The notes under the pieces: generated by a model
What the model saw: only the letters and a program-made list of their open reading frames with translations
Databases searched by the model: none
Told to the model about the DNA's origin: nothing
Part shown: positions 1-10,306 of the stretch, in pieces
Position numbering within the stretch: the stretch's first letter is position 1
How the letters are laid out: each line of letters opens with the position of its first letter
Origin: an uncultured Methanomassiliicoccales archaeon
Lineage (GTDB): Archaea; Thermoplasmatota; Thermoplasmata; Methanomassiliicoccales; CAZOLG01
Assembly: GCA_964580935.1 (NCBI GenBank)
Contig: CAZOLG010000002.1
Location: forward strand, 259,627-323,626
DNA: 64,000 bases
Reading direction: 5' to 3'
Position numbers and translations under genes: made by a program

Positions 1-2
1 CG

Positions 3-275
3 GTCAGACTGAATAGGCTATTAGATAGGGTCCCCACCCCACTAGTGGTGATGTCTCCTGAAGGACGTAAGGTTCCCATCGACGAATTCTTCGAACAACT
101 TGGAGAGGATTACTCAGTGGTCATCGGAGGATTCCCGAAAGGGGACTACACCAGCAACATATACGATAGGGCGGACCGAGTGATATCCCTAGGTGAGGAT
201 GAACTAAAGGTATGGACTGTGACCGGTGAGGTATTGTCCGCTATCTCCCAGAGTGATTACCAACCTCTTTCCTGA
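3..275 (+). CDS. nep1: Nep1/Emg1 16S rRNA pseudouridine N1-methyltransferase, C-terminal part (truncated by window edge)
   Basis: Frame is open from position 3. SPOUT C-terminal signature [11 protein letters not shown]...VISLG..L.VWTV. Confidence 0.75.
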   Translation, partial: VRLNRLLDRVPTPLVVMSPEGRKVPIDEFFEQLGEDYSVVIGGFPKGDYTSNIYDRADRVISLGEDELKVWTVTGEVLSAISQSDYQPLS

Positions 276-1165
276 AGCCTTTCTTCAGGCCGGATGTCCT
301 CGATATTGATCCCTTTCATAGCCTCTCCGAGGTTCCTAGACACATCAGCCAGTACTTCGGGATCATCGAAATGGGTGACCGCCTCCACGATGGCCCTGCC
401 CCTCTCCACCGGATTCTTTGATTTGAATACTCCAGAGCCTACAAACACTCCGTCGCTACCCAGCTGCATCATCAGTGCCGCATCGGCCGGGGTGGCAATA
501 CCTCCTGCAGCGAAGTTGATCACCGGCAGCCTCTGCATCTCGGCCACTTCCTTGACCAGACTGAACGGGGATTTTATCTCTTGAGCGACGGTCAACAACT
601 CCTCATCATCCTTACCCTTGACTTCCCTGATCTTACCCATGATCTGTCTCTGATGGCGGACTGCTTCTATAATATTGCCTGTTCCTGCTTCCCCCTTGGT
701 GCGTATCATTGCCGCCCCTTCGTCTATCCTCCGCAGGGCTTCGCCTAATTCTCTAGCACCACACACGAAGGGGATGGTAAACCCTTCTTTCACCACATGG
801 TAAAAGGGATCAGCCGGGGTCAGTACCTCGGACTCGTCGATCATATCCACGCCCAAAGTCTCGAGAATCTGAGCCTCTACGAGATGACCAATCCTACACT
901 TGGCCATAACCGGAATTGTGACCACGTCAATTATCTCTTCTATGATCGCGGGGTCGGCCATCCGGGCCACACCTCCATGGGCCCTGATGTCCGCGGGTAC
1001 CCTCTCCAGAGCCATCACCGCAACCGCTCCCGCATCCTCAGCTATACCTGCCTCTTCGGCATTGGTGACATCCATTACCACTCCGCCCTGCTGCATCTTT
1101 GCAAAGCCTCTTTTCACTAGTTCTGTACCGTAGCGGAGTTCAGATATGTCCAGCTCAAATGACAT
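257..1165 (-). CDS. pdxS: Pyridoxal 5'-phosphate synthase lyase subunit PdxS
   Basis: [56 protein letters not shown]-terminal ERGW. Confidence 0.97.
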   Translation of the reverse strand: MSFELDISELRYGTELVKRGFAKMQQGGVVMDVTNAEEAGIAEDAGAVAVMALERVPADIRAHGGVARMADPAIIEEIIDVVTIPVMAKCRIGHLVEAQILETLGVDMIDESEVLTPADPFYHVVKEGFTIPFVCGARELGEALRRIDEGAAMIRTKGEAGTGNIIEAVRHQRQIMGKIREVKGKDDEELLTVAQEIKSPFSLVKEVAEMQRLPVINFAAGGIATPADAALMMQLGSDGVFVGSGVFKSKNPVERGRAIVEAVTHFDDPEVLADVSRNLGEAMKGINIEDIRPEERLQERGW

Positions 1166-1337
1166 TATTATCGCCATTTTATCCTAGCTCTGGATGGGTA
1201 TTTAGCACTTTCGAATGGCAGGTTCTTATATACGGCCAATTGTACTCAAAGGCGACGCTACTGGTGACACCCCTGCAATAGAAGGCAATCCATGATTGGA
1301 AAAGTAATTTATTGAGAAATCACGTAATAGTAATCTG

Positions 1338-2492
1338 ATGGTTTCGAATCGCATGGGCAATGTGCCCGTTTCAGGTACGGTTAAGATCGGCAATTTAGTG
1401 AGTAAACTCAAAGCACAGGGTGCAGACATCATTTCTCTCTCCATGGGCGAGCCAGATTTTGAGACTCCGGAGAACATCAGAGAGGTGGCCAAGAAGGCCC
1501 TGGACGAGGGTTTCACCCATTACACTTCTTCCAGAGGTATTCCCGAGTTGAGAGAAGCTGTGGCCAAGAAGAGCGTTGAACAGAATGGTATACCGTGCTC
1601 CCCAGATAATGTCCTGATTACCACTACCAAGCATTCCATTTTCATGTCCATACTGGCCATGGTAGACGAGGAGGACGAGGTCATATTCCCCGACCCGGCC
1701 TGGCCAACATACGATGCCTGTGTTAGGCTGGCCGGAGGAAGACCCGTATATCAGGTACTGAAACCGGAGAATGAGTACCGGATGGTCCCGGAAGACATGG
1801 CCGAACTCATCACTCCCGATACTTCGCTGGTAGTCATAAATTCTCCTTCTAACCCGTCTGGTGGGGTGCTTACGGAGGGGGATTTGAAGGGGATCGCGGA
1901 TCTCGCTATCGATCACGATCTCACCATTATGAGCGACGAAGTGTACGAGAAGATCGTCTATGAGGGTGAACATCGATCTATCGCTTCCCTGGACGGTATG
2001 TTCGACAGGACGATTACGGTCAACGGTTTCTCCAAGAGCTACGCCATGACCGGCTGGAGGCTGGGGTGGATGGTGGCGCCTCCTCCCATACTTGACGAGG
2101 TGGCTAAACTGCAGTCTCACTCGATAACCTGCGCGGTATCTTTCGCTCAGAAGGGTGGGGTGGAAGCACTGAATGGTCCTCAGGATTCAGTGAAGGAAAT
2201 GGTGGATGAGTTCAAGGCAAGAAGGGACCTGATCTACGATCTGATAGACGATACCCCCTTCCTTTCGTCCCCCAAACCGAGGGGGGCTTTCTACATATTC
2301 CCCTCGTACGATTTCGAGATGAAATCAGAGGACTTAGTGACTCATATTGTTGAAAAGGCCAATGTGGGAGTCACCCCGGGCACCGCCTTCGGACCCAACA
2401 GCGAGGGGCACTTCAGAATATCATACGCGGCCAGCAGAGAAGATCTGAAGGAGGCTATAGAAAGAATAAGAAATACGCTGTCCAAGCTCTAA
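1338..2492 (+). CDS. PLP-dependent class I/II (aspartate-type) aminotransferase
   Basis: GEPDF, NSPSNPSG, DEVYE, GFSKSYAMTGWRLG (PLP lysine), FRISYA. Confidence 0.93.
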   Translation: MVSNRMGNVPVSGTVKIGNLVSKLKAQGADIISLSMGEPDFETPENIREVAKKALDEGFTHYTSSRGIPELREAVAKKSVEQNGIPCSPDNVLITTTKHSIFMSILAMVDEEDEVIFPDPAWPTYDACVRLAGGRPVYQVLKPENEYRMVPEDMAELITPDTSLVVINSPSNPSGGVLTEGDLKGIADLAIDHDLTIMSDEVYEKIVYEGEHRSIASLDGMFDRTITVNGFSKSYAMTGWRLGWMVAPPPILDEVAKLQSHSITCAVSFAQKGGVEALNGPQDSVKEMVDEFKARRDLIYDLIDDTPFLSSPKPRGAFYIFPSYDFEMKSEDLVTHIVEKANVGVTPGTAFGPNSEGHFRISYAASREDLKEAIERIRNTLSKL

Positions 2493-2680
2493 CACTGCTG
2501 GTCGCTCTCATCAGGAGGCAAGAGGTTGGGTATCGAGTCTTCTATGGAGTAGTCTATGTTGCAGGAGGGGCAACGCAGTGTGCCCTCCATCACTTCTTCC
2601 TCCTCCTGAACTACACTGAGTTCCAGAGGATGGTGTTTGCAGACCGGACAGGCCAGAATATCTAGTAGATCTCTTCTCAT
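2489..2680 (-). CDS. trm112: Trm112-family methyltransferase activator
   Basis: MRRDLLDILACPVCK...LRCPSC...YSIEDSIPNLL with two CxxC motifs. Start moved to ATG 2680. Confidence 0.9.
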   Translation of the reverse strand: MRRDLLDILACPVCKHHPLELSVVQEEEEVMEGTLRCPSCNIDYSIEDSIPNLLPPDESDQQC

Positions 2681-2787
2681 CCTACCAAGCCTATCTATTA
2701 CCGACAAGTGGTATATTGCTCTTGCGTATATGGGGGCATTCGTCCCGCTGGAGAATGTTTATTAGTCACCGATGTGTAATCAACGGC

Positions 2788-3771
2788 GTGCTACGAGTGG
2801 GGGTAATTGGCGTCGGCTCAATGGGGCAGAACCATGCCCGATTGTATTCCGAACTGGCCGATCTGAAAGGGATTTACGATCTAGATGAATCGAAGGCGGG
2901 GGAGATCGCAGACCGGTTCAATACCGAGGTCTATTATGAACTGGATCGTCTCCTGCATGACGTCGATGCGGTGAGCGTCTGCACGCCCACGGCGAAGCAC
3001 TCAGAGGTGGCTTCAGAGGCCATAGATGCTGGGGTTTCAGTCCTTGTGGAGAAGCCATTTACTGGGGATTCTGAGAAGGCCAAAGAACTCTGCCAGAGGG
3101 CTGAAGACCGGGGAGTGACTCTTGCCTCAGGATTTGTGGAGAGATTCAATCCTGTCGTTACGGCGGCCAGAGAATCTGTGAAAAACAACCGGTTCGGCGA
3201 TGTAATATCAATGGCATCCCGGAGGGTCTCTTCATTCCCATCAAGGATCAGAGACGTGGGGGTAATTTCAGATCTGGCCATACACGATATCGATGTCATG
3301 CGTCATATTACCAACTCAGAGGTCGAAGCCGTATATGCGGTGGGGGGAGCCCACTCCCATGATAAGTTCGAAGATTACGTGAATATATTGATGGAGATGA
3401 AGGGGGGTGTGGTGTCTTTTCTCGAGGCGAACTGGTTGACTCCCATGAAGGTCAGAAAGGTGTCCATGACCTGTAATGAAGGTTTTGTACAACTGGATTA
3501 CATCGATCAGGAACTGGAGATCTGTTCCACTGAATTCCGAGAGATCGATTCTGCTGATATGTTCCATCTGCCTCTGGAAGAGGATGTTAGAAAGATCTCA
3601 GTGAGGAAGGAAGAGCCTTTGAAGAGGGAACTAGAAGACTTCTTGCATGCTGTAGAAGAGGGCAGTAGGCCGAGTAGCGACGGTTGGGGAGCAGTCGTCG
3701 ACCTGAGAATCTGCGAGGCGGCAAAGGCTTCAATGAGACAGAAGAAAAGAGTCGAAATAAAGAGGCGCTAG
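2788..3771 (+). CDS. Gfo/Idh/MocA oxidoreductase (WbpB/WlbA-like UDP-sugar 3-dehydrogenase)
   Basis: VGVIGVGSMG Rossmann motif, VLVEKP, ERFNP, DLAIHDID. GTG start at 2788 inferred. Confidence 0.85.
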   Translation: MLRVGVIGVGSMGQNHARLYSELADLKGIYDLDESKAGEIADRFNTEVYYELDRLLHDVDAVSVCTPTAKHSEVASEAIDAGVSVLVEKPFTGDSEKAKELCQRAEDRGVTLASGFVERFNPVVTAARESVKNNRFGDVISMASRRVSSFPSRIRDVGVISDLAIHDIDVMRHITNSEVEAVYAVGGAHSHDKFEDYVNILMEMKGGVVSFLEANWLTPMKVRKVSMTCNEGFVQLDYIDQELEICSTEFREIDSADMFHLPLEEDVRKISVRKEEPLKRELEDFLHAVEEGSRPSSDGWGAVVDLRICEAAKASMRQKKRVEIKRR

Positions 3772-3817
3772 ATTTTTAACGGGTTTCTCTTTACGTTCTT
3801 CTATAGGATTGGTGTGC

Positions 3818-4849
3818 ATGAAATTTATCGACCTCCGGAGCGACACGGTCACTATGCCTACTCAGGAGATGCTGGATAGTATACCCCAGGCGGAACTCGG
3901 GGACGACGTGAACAGAGAGGACCCCACCGTTAACAAGCTGGAAAGATTGGCCGCCGAGAGGTTCGGCAAGGAGGCCGCTCTCCTCCTTCCTAGTGGAACT
4001 CAGTCCAATCTTGTGGCGCTTATAGTAAGCTGTTCCCCAGGAGATGAGATGATTCTGGAGGAGGAGTCCCACATCTATTACTATGAGGTGGGGGGTTTCT
4101 CGGCGGTGAGAGGGATCAGCCCCAGACTGATCAAAGGAGAGAGAGGAATCTTCACACCAGAGCAGGTGGAGGAAGCATACAGGGGAAGAAACCTGCACTT
4201 TCCAGATCCCACCCTCCTGGAGATCGAAAACACCCATAACCGTGCCGGCGGCACGGTCTGGAAAGTGGAAGAGGTAGCAGCAGTATCCAAAGTGGCCCAT
4301 GAACTGGGTATGAATGTCCATATCGACGGTGCCAGGATCTTCAATGCTACAAAAGCCCTCGGGGTGTCCGTCAAGGATTACGCAAAACACGTTGAATCCA
4401 TATCGTTCTGTCTTTCAAAGGGCCTGTCCGCCCCTGTCGGTTCGCTACTGGTGGCAGACGATGAGTTCATAGAGGAGGCCCGGAAGGCCCGGAAGATGCT
4501 GGGCGGGGGTATGCGGCAAGCGGGCATAATCGCTGCTCCCGGACTGATAGCCCTGAATAAGATGGTGGACAGACTGGGAGAAGATCACGACAACGCACAG
4601 AAGTTGGCAAGAGGACTGAGTGCAATGGAGGGTCTGAATATCGATATGGAAGCAGTCCAGACCAACATCGTGGTGGTAGACATATCTCCTCTGGGCATAT
4701 CTGCCGACGAGTTCAAATCCAGAACAAAGGAGGTGGGGGTGCTTGTCTCCAAGTTCGGAAAGAATCTGGTAAGATTTGTCACCCATCGTGGTATCTCCGA
4801 GGAGGACATCGACATCACGCTATCAAGGATGGAATCGATCAGATTCTAG
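3818..4849 (+). CDS. ltaE: Low-specificity L-threonine aldolase
   Basis: IDLRSDTVT, GDDV..EDPTV, SGTQSN, ENTHN, HIDGARIFNA, CLSKGL.AP.GS, GGGMRQAG. Confidence 0.95.
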   Translation: MKFIDLRSDTVTMPTQEMLDSIPQAELGDDVNREDPTVNKLERLAAERFGKEAALLLPSGTQSNLVALIVSCSPGDEMILEEESHIYYYEVGGFSAVRGISPRLIKGERGIFTPEQVEEAYRGRNLHFPDPTLLEIENTHNRAGGTVWKVEEVAAVSKVAHELGMNVHIDGARIFNATKALGVSVKDYAKHVESISFCLSKGLSAPVGSLLVADDEFIEEARKARKMLGGGMRQAGIIAAPGLIALNKMVDRLGEDHDNAQKLARGLSAMEGLNIDMEAVQTNIVVVDISPLGISADEFKSRTKEVGVLVSKFGKNLVRFVTHRGISEEDIDITLSRMESIRF

Positions 4850-6135
4850 CCTTTTCCGATACCTCTGTACACGAATCCCGCCCTTTTGCACTCCTCAGAG
4901 CCAAAGATATTCCTGCCATCGATTATTATCGGAGTATTCATCCTCTGGAACATGTCTTCCAGCGAGATCTCGTGGTAGAGAGAGTGGTCAGTAACAAAAA
5001 CGGCACAGTCTGAGTCCTCCAATGCGACCTCGACATCATCGGTGAGAGGAGCCCGATATGGATCTTCAACATACGGGTCATGCACCACCAACCTGAAATC
5101 GTCGATCAGGGAATCTATCACCACCTTTGCAGGGGAGTTTCTCTTCTCGCCGGAACCTCCTAGGAAACCAAGACCGAGTATGGATATCTTCGGGTTCTCA
5201 GGGACTGTTTCATGATCAACTGCCTCCCTAGTCAGGGCCACAAGATGGAAGGGCATTGAATCATTCACTCTCCTGGCCACAGGCACCAACCTCATCTTCT
5301 CGGGGGCAGCGCTCACCAGGAGCCACGGATCTTTAGGTATGCAATGACCGCCCACCCCGGAACCGGGGACGTGCATATCTCTGAAAGGGGCGGTATTGAC
5401 AAGCTCTCGTATTTCATAGGCATTGGCGCCCGTCTCTTCGCACAGTAAAGCCACCTCGTTAGCGAACGCTATCTGAACGTCCCGATAGGCGTTCTCCGCC
5501 GTCTTGGTTATCTCCGCCGAAGTGAGATCGGTTTCGTAAATCTCAGCTTCCACAATTCTGGAGTAGTATTCCCTACCTCTGGAAAGGGACTTCCTGTCAA
5601 GACCGCCGAGCACCCGGGAATAAGTCCTCATGTTGAGAAGAAGGCGGCCGGGCATTACCCTCTCTGGACAGTGGACCACCGAAAAATCTGTTCCCGCAGT
5701 CAGCCCACTAGCCTCTTCCAGCAAGGGGACTACACTGTTAGTCATAGTCCCCGGCGGGATTGTAGACTCGACGGACACCAGAGAGTCGGGACTGAGATTC
5801 CTTCCGACCTCCGTTGTCGCGCTCTTGAGTGCGCTAAGATCGGGGCTGTTATCTTCCCGGAGCGGCGTGTTCACGCAAATGAAGACAGCATCAGCCTTCT
5901 CGATTAGCGAAGTGTCAGTGGTGGAGACCAGTTTTCCCCCTTCCACCATCCTTGAGATTAGACCTGAAAGGCCGGGTTCCTCCCCCTTTATGGGATTGAT
6001 CTTCTCGTTAATCTGTTCGACTCTTGCGGCGTCCTTATCAATGCCATGAACGGAGAATCCTTTCTCGGCCAATCTACAGGCCAGGGCAAGGCCCACATAA
6101 CCCAGTCCAATGACAGTCACTCTCTTGTCGGGCAT
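4846..6135 (-). CDS. UDP-N-acetyl-hexosamine 6-dehydrogenase (WecC/WbpA family)
   Basis: VIGLGYVG, ICVNTP, VESTIPPG, CPERVMPG, ENAYRDVQIAFANE, GVGGHCIPKDP. Confidence 0.92.
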   Translation of the reverse strand: MPDKRVTVIGLGYVGLALACRLAEKGFSVHGIDKDAARVEQINEKINPIKGEEPGLSGLISRMVEGGKLVSTTDTSLIEKADAVFICVNTPLREDNSPDLSALKSATTEVGRNLSPDSLVSVESTIPPGTMTNSVVPLLEEASGLTAGTDFSVVHCPERVMPGRLLLNMRTYSRVLGGLDRKSLSRGREYYSRIVEAEIYETDLTSAEITKTAENAYRDVQIAFANEVALLCEETGANAYEIRELVNTAPFRDMHVPGSGVGGHCIPKDPWLLVSAAPEKMRLVPVARRVNDSMPFHLVALTREAVDHETVPENPKISILGLGFLGGSGEKRNSPAKVVIDSLIDDFRLVVHDPYVEDPYRAPLTDDVEVALEDSDCAVFVTDHSLYHEISLEDMFQRMNTPIIIDGRNIFGSEECKRAGFVYRGIGKG

Positions 6136-6281
6136 CGATTGAGAATGGAGAGCAAACCATATAATGCTAATCAATCTCGTTCCACCATTTCCTTAGGGGT
6201 TGATGAGTGTCCAATATTCTTCTCACCAACTCCCTCTACGGAAATCGCACTAAGGCCCTATGATAACAAAGAAGAAACAAT

Positions 6282-6296
6282 CGGAAACTTTATATT
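6282..6296 (+). promoter_or_regulatory. BRE/TATA promoter of the serC-like/serA leader
   Basis: CGGAAAC followed by TTTATATT (6289-6296), which predicts a transcription start near 6318-6322. Confidence 0.55.
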
Positions 6297-6322
6297 CAAA
6301 ATGCCAGCTAAAGGTGGCTGGG

Positions 6323-6518
6323 ATGACAACAAGTGACACACCTCCAAGTGAGCTTTGTTCCGTGCTTCAACAGGCCATAGAGTGGGGTGTGCAGGTTTCA
6401 TTTCTTGAACTGTCAGGAGAAGAGTCTTCAGGATGCGGAGGCGGAGGAGGATCCCAGATGACCTCCACAAGCTTCCCCGTCCTGGCCTGATGGTGCGGGA
6501 GGTTTTTTGGAGGTCATC
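6323..6518 (+). promoter_or_regulatory. Candidate translational attenuator: 55-aa leader ORF (6323-6490) plus SD-sequestering hairpin (6457-6518)
   Basis: Leader codons SSGCGGGGGS at 6425-6454. GATGACCTCCA (6457-6467) is the exact reverse complement of TGGAGGTCATC (6508-6518), which contains the SD for ATG 6523. Confidence 0.55.
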
Positions 6519-6522
6519 GATA

Positions 6523-7584
6523 ATGGTTAGATTATTTACTGTAGGTCCTGTAGAGGTTCGGGATGAGGTCATGGAAGCGATGAACAGACCCATGATCGTT
6601 CACCGTTCCCAGGAGTACAAAGAGCTGCACAGGCAGATTGTGGACAAGCTGCATAAGGTGTTGGAGACCGACATGGAGATAATGCTCGCCACCGCCTCAT
6701 CTACTGGGTTCCTAGAGGGCTGTGTGAGGAATGGTGTGGAGAGAAAGGTCCTCGGAATATCCAACGGTTCCTTCGGTGAAAGGTGGCAGTCGATAGCAGC
6801 TGCGAACGGAAAGGATGTTCGCAGACTGAGGGTTCCCTGGGGAGAATCGGTCAAGCCCGAGGTGGTCTCGGCCGAGGTGACCGAAGATACCGAAGCGGTT
6901 ACCCTGGTGACCAATGAGAGTTCCACCGGGGTGTTCAATCCGGTGGAGCGCCTGGTGAAAGAATTGAAGAGGGATCACTCTCCACTCGTATTTCTGGACG
7001 GAGTGACATCGATAGGGGCAATGGACCTAGAACTGGACGAACTAGATGTGGACGCACTCGTATTCGGGACTCAAAAGGCCCTCGCCCTGCCCCCGGGACT
7101 GGCTGTTGTCTGTGTGAGCGACAGGTTGCTCGCCAAGGCTGAACGGGTGACTAACCGGGGCTATTATTTCGATTTTCTGAGGTTGAAAGAATATAATGAC
7201 AGGGATTATGCCATGACTACTCCCCCCATCTCTCTCCTCTACGGACTGAACTTCCAGCTGGACCGGATGTTGGAAGAGGGGATGCAGAACAGATATTCAC
7301 GTCACCAGAAGATAGCCAGCATGGTCAGGGAGTGGGCGGAGGAGTGTTTGGGACTGTTCGCAGAAGAGGGCTACCGATCCAACACTATCACCGTGGTGAA
7401 TAAACCTGATTTCAGTTTTGAGGAGTTGCAGCGCAAGCTCATAAAACGGGGTTATCAGATATCGGCGGGCTACGGTAAGTTGAAAGAGAAAACGTTCAGG
7501 ATAGGACACATGGGAGACCTTACTGTCGAGGATGCAGAAGTGTTCCTTGATGTGCTCGATGAAGTTGTGGAGGAGTTAGAATGA
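6523..7584 (+). CDS. Class V aminotransferase (serine-pyruvate/phosphoserine aminotransferase-like, probable SerC role)
   Basis: LFTVGP, HRS, NGSFGERW, NESSTGV, DGVTS, GTQKALALPPG, FRIGHMG. Overlaps the serA start. SD GGAGGT upstream. Confidence 0.88.
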   Translation: MVRLFTVGPVEVRDEVMEAMNRPMIVHRSQEYKELHRQIVDKLHKVLETDMEIMLATASSTGFLEGCVRNGVERKVLGISNGSFGERWQSIAAANGKDVRRLRVPWGESVKPEVVSAEVTEDTEAVTLVTNESSTGVFNPVERLVKELKRDHSPLVFLDGVTSIGAMDLELDELDVDALVFGTQKALALPPGLAVVCVSDRLLAKAERVTNRGYYFDFLRLKEYNDRDYAMTTPPISLLYGLNFQLDRMLEEGMQNRYSRHQKIASMVREWAEECLGLFAEEGYRSNTITVVNKPDFSFEELQRKLIKRGYQISAGYGKLKEKTFRIGHMGDLTVEDAEVFLDVLDEVVEELE

Positions 7585-9188
7585 AGTTGTTGGTCACGGA
7601 TCCGATCTCGGAAGAAGGTCTGGAGATGTTGAGGAGAGACAGTGAAGTGCAGGTGGACTTTAGAGCCGGTCTGAGCCATGAAGAGCTGGTAAGGACTATA
7701 GGAGATTACGAAGGCGTGATTATCAGAAGCGGGACCGAGGTGAACTCCGAGGTAATCGATGCCGGTAAGAAACTAAAGGTGATCGGGAGAGCGGGAGTGG
7801 GGGTGGACAACGTCGATGTCACCTACGCCACCAGGAGAGGTATCCTGGTGATGAATACTCCTGCAGCTAACATCATTTCGGCCGCTGAACACACAATGGC
7901 CATGATGCTCACCCTGGCCCGAAAGATAGTTTGGGCAGATTCTTCACTAAAGTCCAGGAAGTGGGAGAGGGGTAAGTTCACAGGCATAGAGCTGAGTGGA
8001 AAGACACTGGGCATTGTAGGACTAGGGAGGGTGGGTAGTGAAGTGGCCAAACGGGCCAAATCATTCCAGATGCGTTTGATAGGTTACGATCCATATATAC
8101 CCCCCGAAAAGGCGGTAGAGGCGGGGGTCAGACTGCTGCCCCTGGAGAGAGTGCTGGAAGAATCAGACATAATCACCATTCATTCTCCTCTCACATCCTC
8201 CACACACCATATGATAGGTGAGGAGGAGCTGGCGATGTTGAGAGGGAGCGCCCTGGTGGTTAACTGTGCCCGGGGCGGGATTATCGACGAGAAGGCGCTC
8301 TACGAGAGTCTCAAAGAAGAGAAAATAGCCGGGGCCGCTCTCGATGTTTACGAGGAGGAGCCCCCTCTCGAGTCGGATCTTCTCGGCCTGAATAACATTG
8401 TGACTACGCCTCACCTGGGCGCTTCTACCAAAGAGGCCCAGGAGAAGGTGTCCCTGGAGATGGCCGAGCACGTCAAGCTGTTCCTGAAGGAGAATAAGAT
8501 CACCAACGCAGTGAATGCTCCCAAGGAGCGGGTAGACCCCAAGGTCGCTCCATTCATCCCCATAGCAGAGAAGCTGGGGTCGTTCGCACTCCAGCTGCTT
8601 GACGGGCCTATTAACAGGGTGAAGGTGACCTGCTACGGCGAACTAGCCTCCAAGGAGACCAAGATACTAACCGTGTCCGCCTTGATCGGGGTACTCTCCA
8701 GGGTGACCGGGGAAGAGACCAACATCATCAACGCTGAAGCCATAGCTAAGGAGAAAGACATCAAGGTGGTCGAGTCGAAGGTGGACGAGTCTTCCCATTA
8801 CATCAACATGATCTCGGTTGGCCTCCAGTCGGATGGAGAGCATAGAGAGGTGAGAGGTACCGCGTTCCCCAGTACCGAGCCGAGGATACTGGGAGTGGAC
8901 GAGTTCGATATCGATATGCCCCTGGAAGGAGATTTTATCATGACCATACATGACGACTTGCCCGGAGTGATCGGAAGCATTGGGAGCATCCTGGGCGATA
9001 ATGATATCAACATTGCCCGCATGGGCGTGGGCCGCCAGAAGAAAGGAGAGTCAGCACTCATGCTGGTCAGTGTGGACGATCCCGTTGAAGAACGGATACT
9101 GGAGGCTATCGAAGTGGAGGACAAGATCCGCGAGGCCAGGTATATTCGGCTCAGTGACATTGAATCAAGGGAGTACCTGTTGGAGTGA
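7581..9188 (+). CDS. serA: D-3-phosphoglycerate dehydrogenase (with ASB and ACT domains)
   Basis: GRAGVGVDNVD, GIVGLGRVG, NCARGG, DVYEEEP, TPHLGAST, C-terminal ACT domain (DLPGVIG...NIARM). Confidence 0.96.
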   Translation: MKLLVTDPISEEGLEMLRRDSEVQVDFRAGLSHEELVRTIGDYEGVIIRSGTEVNSEVIDAGKKLKVIGRAGVGVDNVDVTYATRRGILVMNTPAANIISAAEHTMAMMLTLARKIVWADSSLKSRKWERGKFTGIELSGKTLGIVGLGRVGSEVAKRAKSFQMRLIGYDPYIPPEKAVEAGVRLLPLERVLEESDIITIHSPLTSSTHHMIGEEELAMLRGSALVVNCARGGIIDEKALYESLKEEKIAGAALDVYEEEPPLESDLLGLNNIVTTPHLGASTKEAQEKVSLEMAEHVKLFLKENKITNAVNAPKERVDPKVAPFIPIAEKLGSFALQLLDGPINRVKVTCYGELASKETKILTVSALIGVLSRVTGEETNIINAEAIAKEKDIKVVESKVDESSHYINMISVGLQSDGEHREVRGTAFPSTEPRILGVDEFDIDMPLEGDFIMTIHDDLPGVIGSIGSILGDNDINIARMGVGRQKKGESALMLVSVDDPVEERILEAIEVEDKIREARYIRLSDIESREYLLE

Positions 9189-9232
9189 TTGCTGGCAAAA
9201 AGGTAATGTACGGGTCATCGGGTGGTTGACAT

Positions 9233-10306
9233 ATGAAGATCATGTCCGTCGTGGGGGCCAGACCACAATTCGTGAAAGTGGCCCCCTTCCACAGAGAGGT
9301 ATCCAGGGAACATGAACATGTAATCGTTCATACCGGCCAACACTATGATTACGAGATGAGTCAGGCGTTCTTTGATGTTCTCCATATACCGGCCCCCGAT
9401 CATAATCTGGGGATCGGTTCAGGAACACAAAGTGAACAGACGGGCAAGATGCTGATAGCTTGTGAAGATACGATAATTCAGGAGAGTCCAGATATCGTGG
9501 TCGTCTATGGAGATACTAATTCTACACTGGCAGGTGGCCTCGCAGCTGCCAAAGTTAACCTCCCTGTCGCCCATGTAGAGGCGGGACTCCGTTCTTTTAA
9601 CAGGAAGATGCCGGAAGAGATCAACAGGGTGTTGGTCGATCATCTTTCTTCCATACTCCTGTGCCCCAGTGAAACCGCAGTCAGTAATCTAGAAGAGGAG
9701 GGAATAGATAGGGAGGTCTACCGGGTGGGGGACATCATGATCGAATGCTTATTGGACGTCTCCTCTAATGTGACAGAAGAGCCTCTTGATGAGTTCAATT
9801 TGGAGGCGGAGGATTACCTGCTGGCCACCGTTCACCGGCAGGAGAACGCGGACTATCGGGAGAATATGGAGGAAATCATGGGGGCACTGATCGAATGCGG
9901 TCGACAGGTAGTGCTCCCCTTACATCCCCGTACGTCAAACAACTTGAAGTCCTGGGGAATGATGGACAGTATCAACGAGGCTGACAACCTGACCATTCTT
10001 CCTCCACAGAACTTCATGAAATTCGTTTCCCTTGAGAAGTATGCTGACCTAATATTAACAGATTCTGGAGGGGTTCAGAAAGAGGCTTACTTCTTCGGCG
10101 TGCCCTGCATCACAATGAGGGAGGAGACAGAGTGGGTGGAAACGGTTGAACAGGGATGGAATGTGCTGGTGGGTGCAAACAAAGAAAAGATCCTTGCCGC
10201 AATAGGAGAAGCAGAACCTGGACCTGAAAGAAACATAGATTACGGTGACGATGAGGTCTCCAAAAGGATCGTAAGGGGTCTAGAGGAGCACCCACTCAGA
10301 CTATGA
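9233..10306 (+). CDS. wecB: UDP-N-acetylglucosamine 2-epimerase (non-hydrolysing; WecB/WbpI-like)
   Basis: VVGARPQFVK, HTGQHYD, GDTNSTL, HVEAGLRS, PEEINR, TDSGGVQKEA. Confidence 0.94.
   Translation: MKIMSVVGARPQFVKVAPFHREVSREHEHVIVHTGQHYDYEMSQAFFDVLHIPAPDHNLGIGSGTQSEQTGKMLIACEDTIIQESPDIVVVYGDTNSTLAGGLAAAKVNLPVAHVEAGLRSFNRKMPEEINRVLVDHLSSILLCPSETAVSNLEEEGIDREVYRVGDIMIECLLDVSSNVTEEPLDEFNLEAEDYLLATVHRQENADYRENMEEIMGALIECGRQVVLPLHPRTSNNLKSWGMMDSINEADNLTILPPQNFMKFVSLEKYADLILTDSGGVQKEAYFFGVPCITMREETEWVETVEQGWNVLVGANKEKILAAIGEAEPGPERNIDYGDDEVSKRIVRGLEEHPLRL

Noticed and set aside
6190-6262. Fluoride riboswitch or C/D RNA near GGTTGATGAGTGTCC
   Set aside because: The resemblance is only partial. 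The required pairing and D box are absent, and it lies upstream of the predicted promoter.
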